The notes under the pieces were generated by a model that was not told the DNA's origin, searched no databases, and saw nothing but the letters and a program-made list of their open reading frames with translations. A stretch of 64,000 nt of DNA, from NCBI GenBank assembly GCA_040081625.1, contig JBEBGD010000005.1, positions 1 to 64,000 on the forward strand, given 5' to 3'. The stretch's first letter is position 1. Every line of letters starts with the position of its first letter. Of the stretch, positions 19,710 to 29,951 are shown in pieces. The DNA is from Chthoniobacteraceae bacterium. GTDB taxonomy: Bacteria; Verrucomicrobiota; Verrucomicrobiia; Chthoniobacterales; Chthoniobacteraceae. Made by a program: the position numbers and the translations under genes.

Positions 19710-21262
19710 TCCGCGCGATCCTCTTTCTCCTCATCGCGAGCGTCGCGCTCGCCGCCGACAAACCCAATGTCATCGTGATCCTCTGCGACGATCTAGGCTA
19801 CGGCGACGTGAAGGCGAACAACCCGGACTGCAAAATCGCCACGCCGCACATGGACCGGCTCGCGCGGGAAGGCGTGCGCTTCACCGATGCGCACACGCCG
19901 TCGTCGGTCTGCACGCCGACGCGTTACGGGCTGCTCACGGGCCGCTATAACTGGCGCACGAAGCTCCAGTCCGGCGTGCTCGGCGGGCTCTCGCCGCGGC
20001 TCATCGAGCAGGGGCGAGAGACGCTCGCCACGTTGCTCAAAGCGCAGGGCTACCACACCGCGTGCGTCGGCAAATGGCACCTCGGGATGGATTGGGCGAA
20101 GCTGCCGGGCAAGGACGTGACGGAGCTTTCCATCGAGTCGGCGGCGCAGGTGCGGAATGTCGATTACACCAAGCCGATCGCGAACGGCCCGCTCAGCGTC
20201 GGGTTCGACAGCTACTTCGGCATCAGCGCGTCGCTCGACATGGTGCCCTACACCTACATCGAAAACGATCGCGTGACCGTGCAGCCGACCGTGGACAAGA
20301 CGTGGCCGTTGCATCCGGGGCACAAGGGCGATTGCCGGCTCGGGCCCGCGGCGCCGGAGTTCGAGGCGGAGAATGTGTTGCCGGACTTCGCGCGGCGATC
20401 GGTCGAAGTCATCGCCGCGCGCGCGAAGACGAAGCAGCCCTTTTTCCTCTACCTGCCGCTCGCGTCGCCGCACACGCCGATCGCGCCGACGAAAGAATGG
20501 ATCGGCAGGAGCGGGCTGAATCTCTACGCGGACTTCGTGATGCAAACCGACTGGGCGATCGGTGAAGTGCTCGGCGCGCTCGACAAAGCGGGCATCGCCG
20601 ACAACACGCTCGTCGTCTTCACCAGCGACAACGGCTGCTCGCCGCAGGCAAAGATCGAGGAACTCGCCGCGAAAGGCCACGCCGTGAACGGACCTCTTCG
20701 CGGCCACAAGGCAGACGTTTTCGATGGCGGTCATCGTGTGCCCTTCATCGTGCGCTGGCCGGCGAAGGCGAAGCCCGCCGTGAGCGACGCGCTCGTGTGC
20801 CTCACCGATGTCTTCGCCACCTGCGCGGAGATCGTCGGCACGAAGCTGCCCGACACCGCGGGCGAAGACAGCTTCAGCTTCCTGCCCATCCTCGCCGGCA
20901 CCGGCAAGTCCGCGCGCACCTCGGTCGTGCATCACACGATCAGCGGTGCCTTCGCGATCCGCGAAGGCGAATGGAAGATCGCGCTCTGCGCCGGCAGCGG
21001 GGGATGGTCCGCCCCGCGCGACCCCGAGGCCGTGAAGCAAGGCCTGCCCGACACGCAGCTCTACCGCATCGCCGGTGGGGACATCGCGGAGAGAGACAAT
21101 CTTGCTGCGAAAGAACACGAAGTTGTTGCGCGAATGACGAAGCTGCTCGACAGGCTCGTCGCCGATGGCCGCAGCACACCCGGCGCTCCGCAGCAGAACG
21201 CGGTGCCGGTGGTGGTGCGGAAACCCATTCCCAACCCGGCGAAAAAGAAGGCGGAAAAGTAA
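19706..21262 (+). CDS. Secreted arylsulfatase-family protein
   Basis: PNVIVILCDDLGYGD, CTPTR, GKWHLG, FTSDNG; ATGA overlap with previous gene. Confidence 0.93.
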   Translation: MIRAILFLLIASVALAADKPNVIVILCDDLGYGDVKANNPDCKIATPHMDRLAREGVRFTDAHTPSSVCTPTRYGLLTGRYNWRTKLQSGVLGGLSPRLIEQGRETLATLLKAQGYHTACVGKWHLGMDWAKLPGKDVTELSIESAAQVRNVDYTKPIANGPLSVGFDSYFGISASLDMVPYTYIENDRVTVQPTVDKTWPLHPGHKGDCRLGPAAPEFEAENVLPDFARRSVEVIAARAKTKQPFFLYLPLASPHTPIAPTKEWIGRSGLNLYADFVMQTDWAIGEVLGALDKAGIADNTLVVFTSDNGCSPQAKIEELAAKGHAVNGPLRGHKADVFDGGHRVPFIVRWPAKAKPAVSDALVCLTDVFATCAEIVGTKLPDTAGEDSFSFLPILAGTGKSARTSVVHHTISGAFAIREGEWKIALCAGSGGWSAPRDPEAVKQGLPDTQLYRIAGGDIAERDNLAAKEHEVVARMTKLLDRLVADGRSTPGAPQQNAVPVVVRKPIPNPAKKKAEK

Positions 21263-21379
21263 GGGTCACCAGTGCCGTCGAAGGGACGGACGGAGGAGAG
21301 ATGGGCGTCACCTCAGGCGCTCCAGATTCGAGAAATCACATTTTTTTTCGCGAACTCCAATCCCTTACCGAACCCTCAT

Positions 21380-22942
21380 ATGCCCTCCCATCTCCCCTAC
21401 TCCCGCTACTCCGACGCCGTGCTGGTGCGAAAGGCCATCTTCGATGGTGACCTGCGCGCCTACGACGAACTTGTCCGACGCGCTGAAAACGTCTTCAAGG
21501 CGTTGGAAAGCGACGCACTGAAGAACTACGCCGCCCCGCACTCCGCGGCGAATCGCATCCACCTCCCGCCTGCCTGGACTCCGGGCTTCAAGCGCCTGCT
21601 CATCTCGATGCTGCTGTGCTGCTGGAATCCCGACTCCAAATACGCGGGGACTTGGGCCGCCTACGTGGGCGAAAAAGGCGCGGAGGTGCTTCTGGCGCTC
21701 TTTGCCCAAGCCGGTAATCCGGTGGCGGAGGCGCTGCTCGTGGAGTTGCTCGCCCGTCGGGCCCACGGCGTCTTTGCGAACAGCTTTCGGAACATCGACA
21801 GGGGCCATCGCCCGATGAGGGACTGGATGGAGACGATCGCCAGGGGCGCGCTCCTCAAGGCGCTGGGCGGCTTCGACGTGCGCAAGGGCTTGTGGCTGTC
21901 CTACGTCCTGACGATCCTCCGTCGTCGGGCGCTCGAGGAGGGCCATTTCTACCGGGGCGATTTCCTTAACGACAAGGACCGTGCGATCGAGCGCCGGATC
22001 AATGAGGCGTGGGCGCGCCTGATCCAGGAAAACCCAGGAGTGGAGCCTTCGGATGAGCAACTCTGCGCGGCAGCTGGAATCACGCGCGACCAGTTCGATC
22101 GTTACCAGGCGCGCAAGAGCTTCGATCAGCAGTCGTCCCTCGACGATCCGGATTGTGCGTTCCTGCTCGACTGCGGCGTGGCGGAGCTTTGCGCGCCGGA
22201 TGCACTGTGCATGGATGACGTTCGCAAATGGCGCGGTCGCCTTGCCCACGTGCTTCAGAATGTCGGTCCGGAGCATCTCACTCTGCTCCGTTTCGAGGCG
22301 GCCGGTATGTTGAGCAATGCGCTCGCGTGGGCCAACCGGCTCCCGTGCGCGAAAACCGAGAACCTCATCATTCGGATCAAGAGGACGATCATCTGCGCTG
22401 CCCTGGCCCGGCATCCCACCGAAGATTTCTACGACGCCGCGCCGAGTTGCGCGCGCGCCCTTGAACTGGAGATGCATGAGCAGGCCAAGCCGATTCGCTC
22501 CGCGCTTGTGGCTGCAATCGACTGGCTCCCCCGCGCCATCCGCGAGCTCGACCCCACGGAATCGAAGACCGTCATCCTTCGCCTCGCCGACGTCGATCAC
22601 GCGATCATCGCCAAGGGCCTCGGCCTCCTCGTGCGCAAGACCGGGCTGCCGTCTTCCGAGCAGTCGCGCGCGGCGTATTCGCGCGGGCAGTTGGCTTTGG
22701 TGGATCTGCTGGCGGGGGAAAAATTCGCCTACGGACTGTCGGCGCGTTTCCTATTCGCGCTCACGAAGGCGATCGTCCGTGACGCCTGGTCCCGCCAGCA
22801 TCCGCCGGAGCCGCCGGAGCCGACCGATCCGAACGATCCGACCCCAAAGCCGCCCACGACGCCGACGCCCCCCGAGGTCCTCGATTGGCTCGAGCGCTTC
22901 GCCATTGAGTTCGTGGCGTGGCGCTCACGCAACGCTGCCTGA
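21380..22942 (+). CDS. Atypical sigma-70-family factor
   Basis: ECF-like start (SDAVLVRKAIFDGDLRAYDELVRR), region 2-like ALLKALGGFDVRKG..LSYVLTILRR, region 3-like EPSDEQLCAAAGIT...SSLDDP, and region 4-like helices. Confidence 0.65.
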   Translation: MPSHLPYSRYSDAVLVRKAIFDGDLRAYDELVRRAENVFKALESDALKNYAAPHSAANRIHLPPAWTPGFKRLLISMLLCCWNPDSKYAGTWAAYVGEKGAEVLLALFAQAGNPVAEALLVELLARRAHGVFANSFRNIDRGHRPMRDWMETIARGALLKALGGFDVRKGLWLSYVLTILRRRALEEGHFYRGDFLNDKDRAIERRINEAWARLIQENPGVEPSDEQLCAAAGITRDQFDRYQARKSFDQQSSLDDPDCAFLLDCGVAELCAPDALCMDDVRKWRGRLAHVLQNVGPEHLTLLRFEAAGMLSNALAWANRLPCAKTENLIIRIKRTIICAALARHPTEDFYDAAPSCARALELEMHEQAKPIRSALVAAIDWLPRAIRELDPTESKTVILRLADVDHAIIAKGLGLLVRKTGLPSSEQSRAAYSRGQLALVDLLAGEKFAYGLSARFLFALTKAIVRDAWSRQHPPEPPEPTDPNDPTPKPPTTPTPPEVLDWLERFAIEFVAWRSRNAA

Positions 22943-22945
22943 CCC

Positions 22946-25900
22946 GTGAGTTCGATGGAGCGCGATCCCCGAAAACCGAACCGGATGGGTGCCGGCTTGA
23001 TTCAACACGCCACCGACGGAGAACTCATCCAGTGGGTCACCGACGAAATGCATTACCTCCAGCGCGAACTCCTGGCTGGTCACCTGAACTCCTGTCCGGA
23101 GTGCAAGGCGCGACTCGTGGACATGGAGGAGACCTTCCGGCCCGAGTTCGAGATGAGCGGCGACGCTGCCCGCGAGGAGGGAGACCTCGTCTGCCTCGCC
23201 GACGGAGGGATCAATTGGCACTTCGAGAGCTGGCTGCCGGATGATTCCAGGCCCGTAACCTTCGGGGCTCTGGAAGCGGAGTTCACAGGCCTGACCGACC
23301 CAATCGGGCGCGGAGCCTTTCTGGTGGGCTTGATGGAGCCGTTGCAAAGGCTGTGGTTCCGCGCCTGCCACGCCTTTGTCCACGACGCGGACCCGCTGCC
23401 GTGCCGCGAGTCGCTGCTTGGCGCGATCAATCAACTGCCCTCCGGTCTGTGCGACCTCGCACTGCTCCATTACGAGATCGCGCGCACCCTGGTTCTGCGG
23501 GGGCGTTGCTTCGATCCGGCAGACTCCGTCTTCGCTCGATTTGTTTCCGACGCCGTGCCGGAGGCGCTCGTCGCGGACATAGCGCACGAACTGCTGACCG
23601 ATACGAGTCGCGTCGCGGAACTGATCGCGGGCACGCAGCGGATGAGCGTGTGGCATGGCGATCTGCTCCCCGCCGCGCAGAGCGAGAAGGCTGCGGGCAT
23701 CGTCATCGAGAGACACGCCGACCCGGAGCAGGATTGCGCCATCGTCGTGTCGGTGACCGTCGAACTGGTGCGCTGCGATCGCGGCGGGCCGGGTGAAGTC
23801 GTGCTGTATCCGGCGCCGGCGTTCGCGCTGTGGAATCGTGACGAGAGCTTTCACATCGCCGAACAAGCCGCCGCCAGCGCGGCCTCCCGCGCACTCGGTG
23901 TGCCCGGCCGGTTCGAGATGCGCTGGCGCATCGACGAGCACCCCGGGAAGTTGCCGGCCAGCGTGGGCGGAGGATCACTCGCGTTGCTCTTCGAGTTTCT
24001 GCTGCGCCGGATCGCGGGTGGTGAAACCGGACGGCTGGCCCGCGTGAGCCTGAGCGGTGTCGCGCTCGTCGGCTGCCCGCGCGAAGACGAGGACCGGATC
24101 GGGCGTGTCGGCAATGCCATCTTCAAGACTTTCGCCGACGGTTTCCCGACCGAGCGCCTCCACACGATCGTGATGCCCGCGCACCCGATCCTTCACCCGC
24201 TGATCGTGCCGTCGCACGACAACCCGGACATACTCATCGCGCGCAAAGGCGCCGTGCATCTGCTGCTGGCCCGCACCATCGAGCACGCGGCGGAGTTGCT
24301 CGTGGTGGATCACGAGACGCGGTGGCAGGGCATCGATTTCAAACTACCCAGGATGCCGGGGCCCTTTGTCGGGCGCAATGTGCTCACCGCGCGGGTGAAC
24401 GAATTCATCCATCGCACTGATTCCGGTTATGGCGTGCTCGTCGGCGGCATGGGCGTGGGAAAGACCAGCTTTCTCGCCAATCTCGTCCATCTGCTCACCG
24501 CGAGCGGAGTCCGCCCGGTCTTCCATTTCATCCCGTCCCCTGGTGCCAAGAGCAACGCCGACTACATCGCCAAGTCGCTCTATCTGCGGCTGCGCCGCAA
24601 ATACGCCACCGCCGAGCCGCCCGAGTGGAGTGGCTGGCAGTCTCCACGCAAACTCGAGGAGCTGCTCAAGTTCCTGAGCGAGAAATACCACGGCAGCGGT
24701 TGGAAGGAAGTGCTCATCGTCGATGCCGCCGACCAGGCCGAGCTTCCGGAAGGCAAGACTCTCGTGCCGCACATCCTGCCCGAGGAATTGCCGCCGGGCA
24801 TTGTCTGCATCCTGAGTTCTCGCAACAACTTCGCCCACTGGCTCGGCAGGTCTTCCGGCGTGCGTTCGTTCTTCGCCATGCACTCGAAGATCAACGGCCA
24901 GGATTCGCTGACCAAGGACAATGCGGACGTCGGCGAATACCTCACCGGCCTGTCGGACGAGGACCTGCCGCGCAAGCTCCCGCGCTCGCTCATCGACTCG
25001 ATCGTCGAGAGCAGCGTGCCTCCGGTCTTCTTCACCGTCGTAAAGCGAATCGGCGAACTCAAAGACCACGATACCACCCCGGAGCGCGTCGAAAAGCTCT
25101 GCGCCGACCCCTCGCTCTGGGTCCAGGCACCTGGGGATCTCATCGCCGAGCGTTACGCCGCGATCCTCGAGGCCGTCGCCCATCGGCCCGATGGCGAAGC
25201 CCAGGTCAAGCGCACGCTCGGCGCGCTCGCCCTCGCGCGGGAGCCGCTCAGCGAAGCGCACCTCCAGGAACTTCACCTGTGGGACGACGCTCTCTCTGCC
25301 GTCATCCTGCGCGAGGCCGCCAGCTTCTTCCTGCCGCGCGAACGCCCGCCGGGTGCCATGACCCTGCGCCGTGCGCCTTTTCGCTTCGACCACCCGGGAT
25401 TTGCGCGCGCGATCTGCGATGAACTCGGAGACGACGGCATCAAGAGCTGCCACCGCGACTTTGCCGCGGCGTGCGCGAAGTGGCGGGACCTGGAAGGCGA
25501 CGGTCGCGATTACGCGGTCCAGCACTTCACCGCGCACCTCATCCGCGCGCGCATGTGGCCTCAGCTCTACGAGGCGCTCACCGATTTCAAATACCTTCAG
25601 GAAAAGCTAACGCCCCGGATGGAGCCCGGCCGGGCGCCGATCCTGCCGGAGGACGAAGAACTCTCTCCCGCCGCGCCCGGACTCTCCGGCACCTCCGAGC
25701 GCGCCATGCCTCCGCCGCTGGAACTCGCCGGTCAGCGCGTCTCGCGGCTCAACCGCCACTTCGAACTCGCCCTCAATCGCGAACCCGCATTCCCGGCGGA
25801 CGACCCGCGGAGTAGGGAACTGCACGCGCTCGCACTCGAGATCCATAACGCGAGCGACGTGCTGCAGCGGCTGCCGCAGTTGCTCGTGCAGATCCTGCAC

Positions 25901-27826
25901 AACGCGCTCGCGTGGAACCGGCCCGACATTCCCGGCCTCGTCGCCAAGCTCCACGCCGCCGTTCCATCCCCTGCCTGCACCTTCCTGCTTTGCACCAGGC
26001 CTCCCGCGCCCGAGCCCGATCAGCATCGTCGGCGCGTTTGCATCGCTCATCGCAAAGCCGTCAACTGTGTGGCGCTCGGCAGGGGCGTCATCGCCAGCGG
26101 TTCGGACGATCAGACCGTCATCCTCTGGTCGGTCGGCAGCGGGAGCATGCTCCATCTCCTGCGCGGTCACACCGGCCCCGTTCGTGCCGTGGCCTGGTCG
26201 AGCCTCGACCTTCGGCTGGTCAGTGCCGCCAATGAGATTCGCCTGTGGGACACGAAGACCGGCCAGTGCCTGCGCGAGTTTCCGCTTCCTCCCGACATCA
26301 CCGTCGCCGCATTTTCCCCCGGGGCAGACCGGCTTGCCGTCGCGACCGAGAGTGGCGGCGTGTCCATCTACGACGTGGCGAGCGGAAGGGTCGAGTGCGT
26401 TCTCCGCGGCGGTGGCCCGCGCGTGTGCAGCCTGGCGTTCTCCTCGTCGCGTTCACTGCTCGCGGTCGGCGGTTCCGATGGCACTGCATTTCGCGGCGCT
26501 GTCGAGATCTACGACGTCGCTGCGCGACGGCTCCTGCGCTCCCTCCCCACCGGCGAATCCTGGGCCAACACCGTCGCGTTTACCGACGATGACCGAGAAC
26601 TGGCTGCCGGTGGCGGTGTCCGGCGGGGCGAAGTCCAGTTCTTCGATGTCGAGAGCGGCCGGCAATTGCGAAAGTTCGACATCCATCGCTCGGGCATCAG
26701 GACGCTCGCCCTTTCAACCGACGAACTCGTCACCGGCACCCACGACTGCTCGATCGGATTTAGAAACATCCGGACCGGCGAAGTGATTCGCACCGGCATG
26801 ACGCACGCCGACACCGTCCGCGCCGTCGCCGTATCGCGGCGCGGCGATCTCATCGTCAGCGCCTCGGCCGATCACTCCGTCATCATCTGGCGCGTGGGCG
26901 ATCCCGCTCGCGCTGGCGGCGCACCCGTGGTCTCACGCCAGCCGCGCGAAGCGCACGAGGACACGATTCTATCGAGCAATTTGGCGCCGAGTGGCGAACC
27001 CGCCGCGACCGGCGGTCGCGATGGTTGCGTCGGGTTCTTCGGATGCGATTCATCGCTTTCCGGATCGCGGATTCGGATCGGCGAAGATCCTGTGAATCTC
27101 GTCGCCTACTCGCCCGACGGAACCCGGATCGCCGTCGCCACCCGCATGCTGGTCAGAGTCCTCGACGCGCGCACGGGCGAGGAGCGTCTCGTCTTGCGCG
27201 GCCACGCAAACTGGATCCTTCGCGCCGCATGGTTCGACGATGGCAACGGCCTCCTGACGGTCGATGAAGGCGGCTTCGCGTTCGTCTGGGACGCACGCAC
27301 GGGCCAGAGGCGGCGCACTTTCGAGGCGCACACCGCGCCCCTTCGCGCCGTCGCCATGTCGCCCGACGGCATCCACGTCGCGACCGCCGGCGACGACACG
27401 AAGATCCTCATCTGGAACGTCAACACCGGCGAGATCGTCAACACGCTCCGCGGACACACCCGCTGGATTTATGCGCTCGCTTTCTGCCCGAAAACCGGCC
27501 GCCTCGCCAGCGCCGGCAGCGATGAATCCATCCGCATCTGGAATCCGCTCGGCAAGGAAATCCGCAAGCTGGACACCTCGGCGCGCCAGACGTGGGCGCT
27601 CAAGTTTTCCACCACCGGCCTGCTCGCCGCCGGCGGCACAGACCGGCTCGTCCGCGTCTTCGCGCCCGATCGCGATGAGCCGTTCGCGTGGTATCACTGC
27701 CGCGACGCGGCCCAGGATCTCTGGTTCAATGAACCTGCCACCGAACTTCGCATCGTCGATCGCGGCGGAGCGGAATTGATCCCGAACATCTACGTCACCG
27801 AGTTCGTTCCGCCGGTGCGGCTCTGA
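22946..27826 (+). CDS. Multidomain STAND/NACHT-like NTPase: ZAS anti-sigma zinc finger, Lon-protease-like domain, P-loop NTPase, WD40 repeats
   Basis: H...HLNSCPEC (23081-23104); GGGSLAL...VALVG...RIGRVGNAIFK; Walker A GGMGVGKT (24443-24466); Walker B VLIVDAAD; many GH...W[DN] WD40 repeats after about 26040. Start may be ATG 22955. Confidence 0.8.
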   Translation: MSSMERDPRKPNRMGAGLIQHATDGELIQWVTDEMHYLQRELLAGHLNSCPECKARLVDMEETFRPEFEMSGDAAREEGDLVCLADGGINWHFESWLPDDSRPVTFGALEAEFTGLTDPIGRGAFLVGLMEPLQRLWFRACHAFVHDADPLPCRESLLGAINQLPSGLCDLALLHYEIARTLVLRGRCFDPADSVFARFVSDAVPEALVADIAHELLTDTSRVAELIAGTQRMSVWHGDLLPAAQSEKAAGIVIERHADPEQDCAIVVSVTVELVRCDRGGPGEVVLYPAPAFALWNRDESFHIAEQAAASAASRALGVPGRFEMRWRIDEHPGKLPASVGGGSLALLFEFLLRRIAGGETGRLARVSLSGVALVGCPREDEDRIGRVGNAIFKTFADGFPTERLHTIVMPAHPILHPLIVPSHDNPDILIARKGAVHLLLARTIEHAAELLVVDHETRWQGIDFKLPRMPGPFVGRNVLTARVNEFIHRTDSGYGVLVGGMGVGKTSFLANLVHLLTASGVRPVFHFIPSPGAKSNADYIAKSLYLRLRRKYATAEPPEWSGWQSPRKLEELLKFLSEKYHGSGWKEVLIVDAADQAELPEGKTLVPHILPEELPPGIVCILSSRNNFAHWLGRSSGVRSFFAMHSKINGQDSLTKDNADVGEYLTGLSDEDLPRKLPRSLIDSIVESSVPPVFFTVVKRIGELKDHDTTPERVEKLCADPSLWVQAPGDLIAERYAAILEAVAHRPDGEAQVKRTLGALALAREPLSEAHLQELHLWDDALSAVILREAASFFLPRERPPGAMTLRRAPFRFDHPGFARAICDELGDDGIKSCHRDFAAACAKWRDLEGDGRDYAVQHFTAHLIRARMWPQLYEALTDFKYLQEKLTPRMEPGRAPILPEDEELSPAAPGLSGTSERAMPPPLELAGQRVSRLNRHFELALNREPAFPADDPRSRELHALALEIHNASDVLQRLPQLLVQILHNALAWNRPDIPGLVAKLHAAVPSPACTFLLCTRPPAPEPDQHRRRVCIAHRKAVNCVALGRGVIASGSDDQTVILWSVGSGSMLHLLRGHTGPVRAVAWSSLDLRLVSAANEIRLWDTKTGQCLREFPLPPDITVAAFSPGADRLAVATESGGVSIYDVASGRVECVLRGGGPRVCSLAFSSSRSLLAVGGSDGTAFRGAVEIYDVAARRLLRSLPTGESWANTVAFTDDDRELAAGGGVRRGEVQFFDVESGRQLRKFDIHRSGIRTLALSTDELVTGTHDCSIGFRNIRTGEVIRTGMTHADTVRAVAVSRRGDLIVSASADHSVIIWRVGDPARAGGAPVVSRQPREAHEDTILSSNLAPSGEPAATGGRDGCVGFFGCDSSLSGSRIRIGEDPVNLVAYSPDGTRIAVATRMLVRVLDARTGEERLVLRGHANWILRAAWFDDGNGLLTVDEGGFAFVWDARTGQRRRTFEAHTAPLRAVAMSPDGIHVATAGDDTKILIWNVNTGEIVNTLRGHTRWIYALAFCPKTGRLASAGSDESIRIWNPLGKEIRKLDTSARQTWALKFSTTGLLAAGGTDRLVRVFAPDRDEPFAWYHCRDAAQDLWFNEPATELRIVDRGGAELIPNIYVTEFVPPVRL

Positions 27827-27925
27827 GCGGAAATTCACGTTTGGTGGGCGGGGGGTAAGGAGTTCGTGACGGCGCATCGGGCCGGGGCAAAAGTCCCGTC
27901 CTGGTGAGCCGGAACCGAACTCACC

Positions 27926-28426
27926 ATGCCTCACCTCTGGATCACACAAAACGATCGCTGGTTCCCGCTGGCCTTGTCCGCCCCGGCGCTGGCACTTTCA
28001 CCCGAGGGCACGCGTCCGCTCGAGCGCTTCGATCCCGCGCCCGCCTGGCTGCGTGAGGTCTGCGGCGATTGGGTGCTGCTCGCCTCGCGCGGTTCCGTCG
28101 CCGTCAATGGCTCGCCGTTGCGCGGGCTTCGCGTGCTGCGCGATCGCGATGAACTGCGCTTCGATGGCGGCGCGCGCGTTTATTTCTCCACCGAGCAACT
28201 CGCCGCTGTCCGCCCGCACGAGAGTGACGCGACGCTCTGCTGCCCGCGCTGCAAGCTGGCCTCGATCACGCGCGGCGTGCCGACCGTCACGTGTCCGACG
28301 TGCAAGGCGGTCTGCCATCAGGCGGAAGACCTCGCGTGCTGGACCTACGGGCCCACGTGCCCGCTTTGCGATCAGCCGACCGCGCTCGATGCGGGTTACC
28401 ATTGGTCGCCGGAGGATCTCGACTGA
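27926..28426 (+). CDS. FHA-like domain plus prokaryotic RING-like zinc finger (candidate E3)
   Basis: VAVNG...VLRDRDELRF, then CPRC..CPTC...H....CW....CPLC. Confidence 0.7.
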   Translation: MPHLWITQNDRWFPLALSAPALALSPEGTRPLERFDPAPAWLREVCGDWVLLASRGSVAVNGSPLRGLRVLRDRDELRFDGGARVYFSTEQLAAVRPHESDATLCCPRCKLASITRGVPTVTCPTCKAVCHQAEDLACWTYGPTCPLCDQPTALDAGYHWSPEDLD

Positions 28427-29460
28427 TGAACGTCACGCTCATCGGCCTCGGCAATATCGGCTCGCAGCTCGCGCCGTTGCTCGCGCGGATGCCCGGTGCC
28501 GCGGCGTTCACGCTCATCGATCACGACCGCTACGCGCCGGAGAATCTCGCGACGCAAAACATCGCGCCTGGCGACGCCGGATCCGCGAAAGCGATCGCCG
28601 CCGGCCAGCGCCTGCGCGAGCAGCATCCGCATCTGCGCGTGACCTCCATCGTGCAGCGGGTCGAGGACGTGCCGCTCGGTGCGCTGCGCGCCGATGCGAT
28701 CGTGAGTTGCGTCGATTCTCTCGCTGCGCGTCTCACCATCGCTGAAGCCGCGTGGCGGCTCGGCGTGCCGTGCTTCGATACCGGCGTCCTCGCCGACGGA
28801 TCGCTCGCGCGTGTGAGCATCCAGGTGGCCGGCGAAGATCAGCCGTGCCTGCAATGCGCGTGGAGCGACCGCGATTACGCGCGCATGGAGCAGCGCTACG
28901 TCTGCCAGCCCGCGCAGTCCTTTTCCACCAACGCGCCGGCGTGGCTCGGGGCGCTCGCGGCGTCGCTCGCCGCGGGCGAAATCGCGCGGCTTCTCGCCGG
29001 CGACCGGAGTGCAGCGGGGAAAATCCTGATGCTCGACGCGCAGCATCACACGCTCACCTCGACGCGCGTCCTGCGGTTCGAGCACTGCCGTTTCGACCAC
29101 GCCGTCTGGCCGGTTGCGCTGCTCGGTGCGCGGGCGCACGAAGCGACTCTTGGGGCGTTGCTTTCGCGCGAGGACGCTTCACTGCGCGTGTGGAATCAGC
29201 CGTGGGTTTCGCAGCGTGCGTGCACCGGCTGTGGCCGCGCTGAAAGCGCGTGGCACCTCCGGGGGCGTCTCGCTGCGGACTGTGAATGCGGCGCGTCGCT
29301 GCTGCCCATGGGCTTCCACACCATCGACGCCTTCACCGCCGCGGAGACGCCCGCGGATCTGCTCCCGCGAACGTTCTCCAGCCTCGGCGTGCGCGATGGC
29401 GACGTGGCCGCTGTCACGAATTCCGGGGCCGTCCGCTACATCGAATTTGGAACGCCATGA
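28426..29460 (+). CDS. ThiF/E1-like ubiquitin-activating enzyme
   Basis: VTLIGLGNIG, LIDHD...ENLATQ, K, SCVDSLAAR, PCLQC and a downstream Cys (YVC); extra C-terminal CxxC motifs. Confidence 0.88.
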   Translation: MNVTLIGLGNIGSQLAPLLARMPGAAAFTLIDHDRYAPENLATQNIAPGDAGSAKAIAAGQRLREQHPHLRVTSIVQRVEDVPLGALRADAIVSCVDSLAARLTIAEAAWRLGVPCFDTGVLADGSLARVSIQVAGEDQPCLQCAWSDRDYARMEQRYVCQPAQSFSTNAPAWLGALAASLAAGEIARLLAGDRSAAGKILMLDAQHHTLTSTRVLRFEHCRFDHAVWPVALLGARAHEATLGALLSREDASLRVWNQPWVSQRACTGCGRAESAWHLRGRLAADCECGASLLPMGFHTIDAFTAAETPADLLPRTFSSLGVRDGDVAAVTNSGAVRYIEFGTP

Positions 29461-29951
29461 CTGACAAAATCTTTTCCAATTTCCTGAGCCGCCAACTCGT
29501 CGAGGGCCTCGCGCTCGCCCGCCGCTCCGACGTGTTCGACCTCATGCCGATGCCCGGCGATCCGCCGTCGCGATACGTCGCGGTCTTCCGCGGCTCGTGG
29601 CTCGTGCAGGATGCGCGTGGGCAGATCGGCGAAGTGCCGCTCGCTGCGATCGGTATCCAGTTTCCGAAGGACTATCTGCGCATCGTCGAGCCGACGATGG
29701 TCGTGACGGTGCTCGAACCTGCGAACCTGTGGCACGCGAATATCAAAGGGCCGTGGATCTGCATCGGCGCGATGGCGCCGGGAGTCGGCCTGGTAGATCT
29801 TATCTATCAGTGCTTTGAGGTGCTTTCCTATTACCGGGTTTCGCCGCATTCGCCGCTCAATGAAGCTGCCGCGCAATGGGCGCGCAATCAGCCGCCAGGG
29901 CGCTTCCCGATCGATCGCCGTCCGCTTGTGAAAACGGAGACCGCAGCATGA
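29457..29951 (+). CDS. E2 / UBC-like conjugating enzyme
   Basis: IQFPKDYL..P, WHANIKGPWICIG (equivalent to HPNI..G.IC), SPLNEAAAQW. Confidence 0.85.
   Translation: MTDKIFSNFLSRQLVEGLALARRSDVFDLMPMPGDPPSRYVAVFRGSWLVQDARGQIGEVPLAAIGIQFPKDYLRIVEPTMVVTVLEPANLWHANIKGPWICIGAMAPGVGLVDLIYQCFEVLSYYRVSPHSPLNEAAAQWARNQPPGRFPIDRRPLVKTETAA

Noticed and set aside
21263..27925. Shared promoter motif for the local sigma factor upstream of the sigma gene and of the Ubl operon
   Set aside because: Only a short GTAAGG match was seen, too weak to support by eye.
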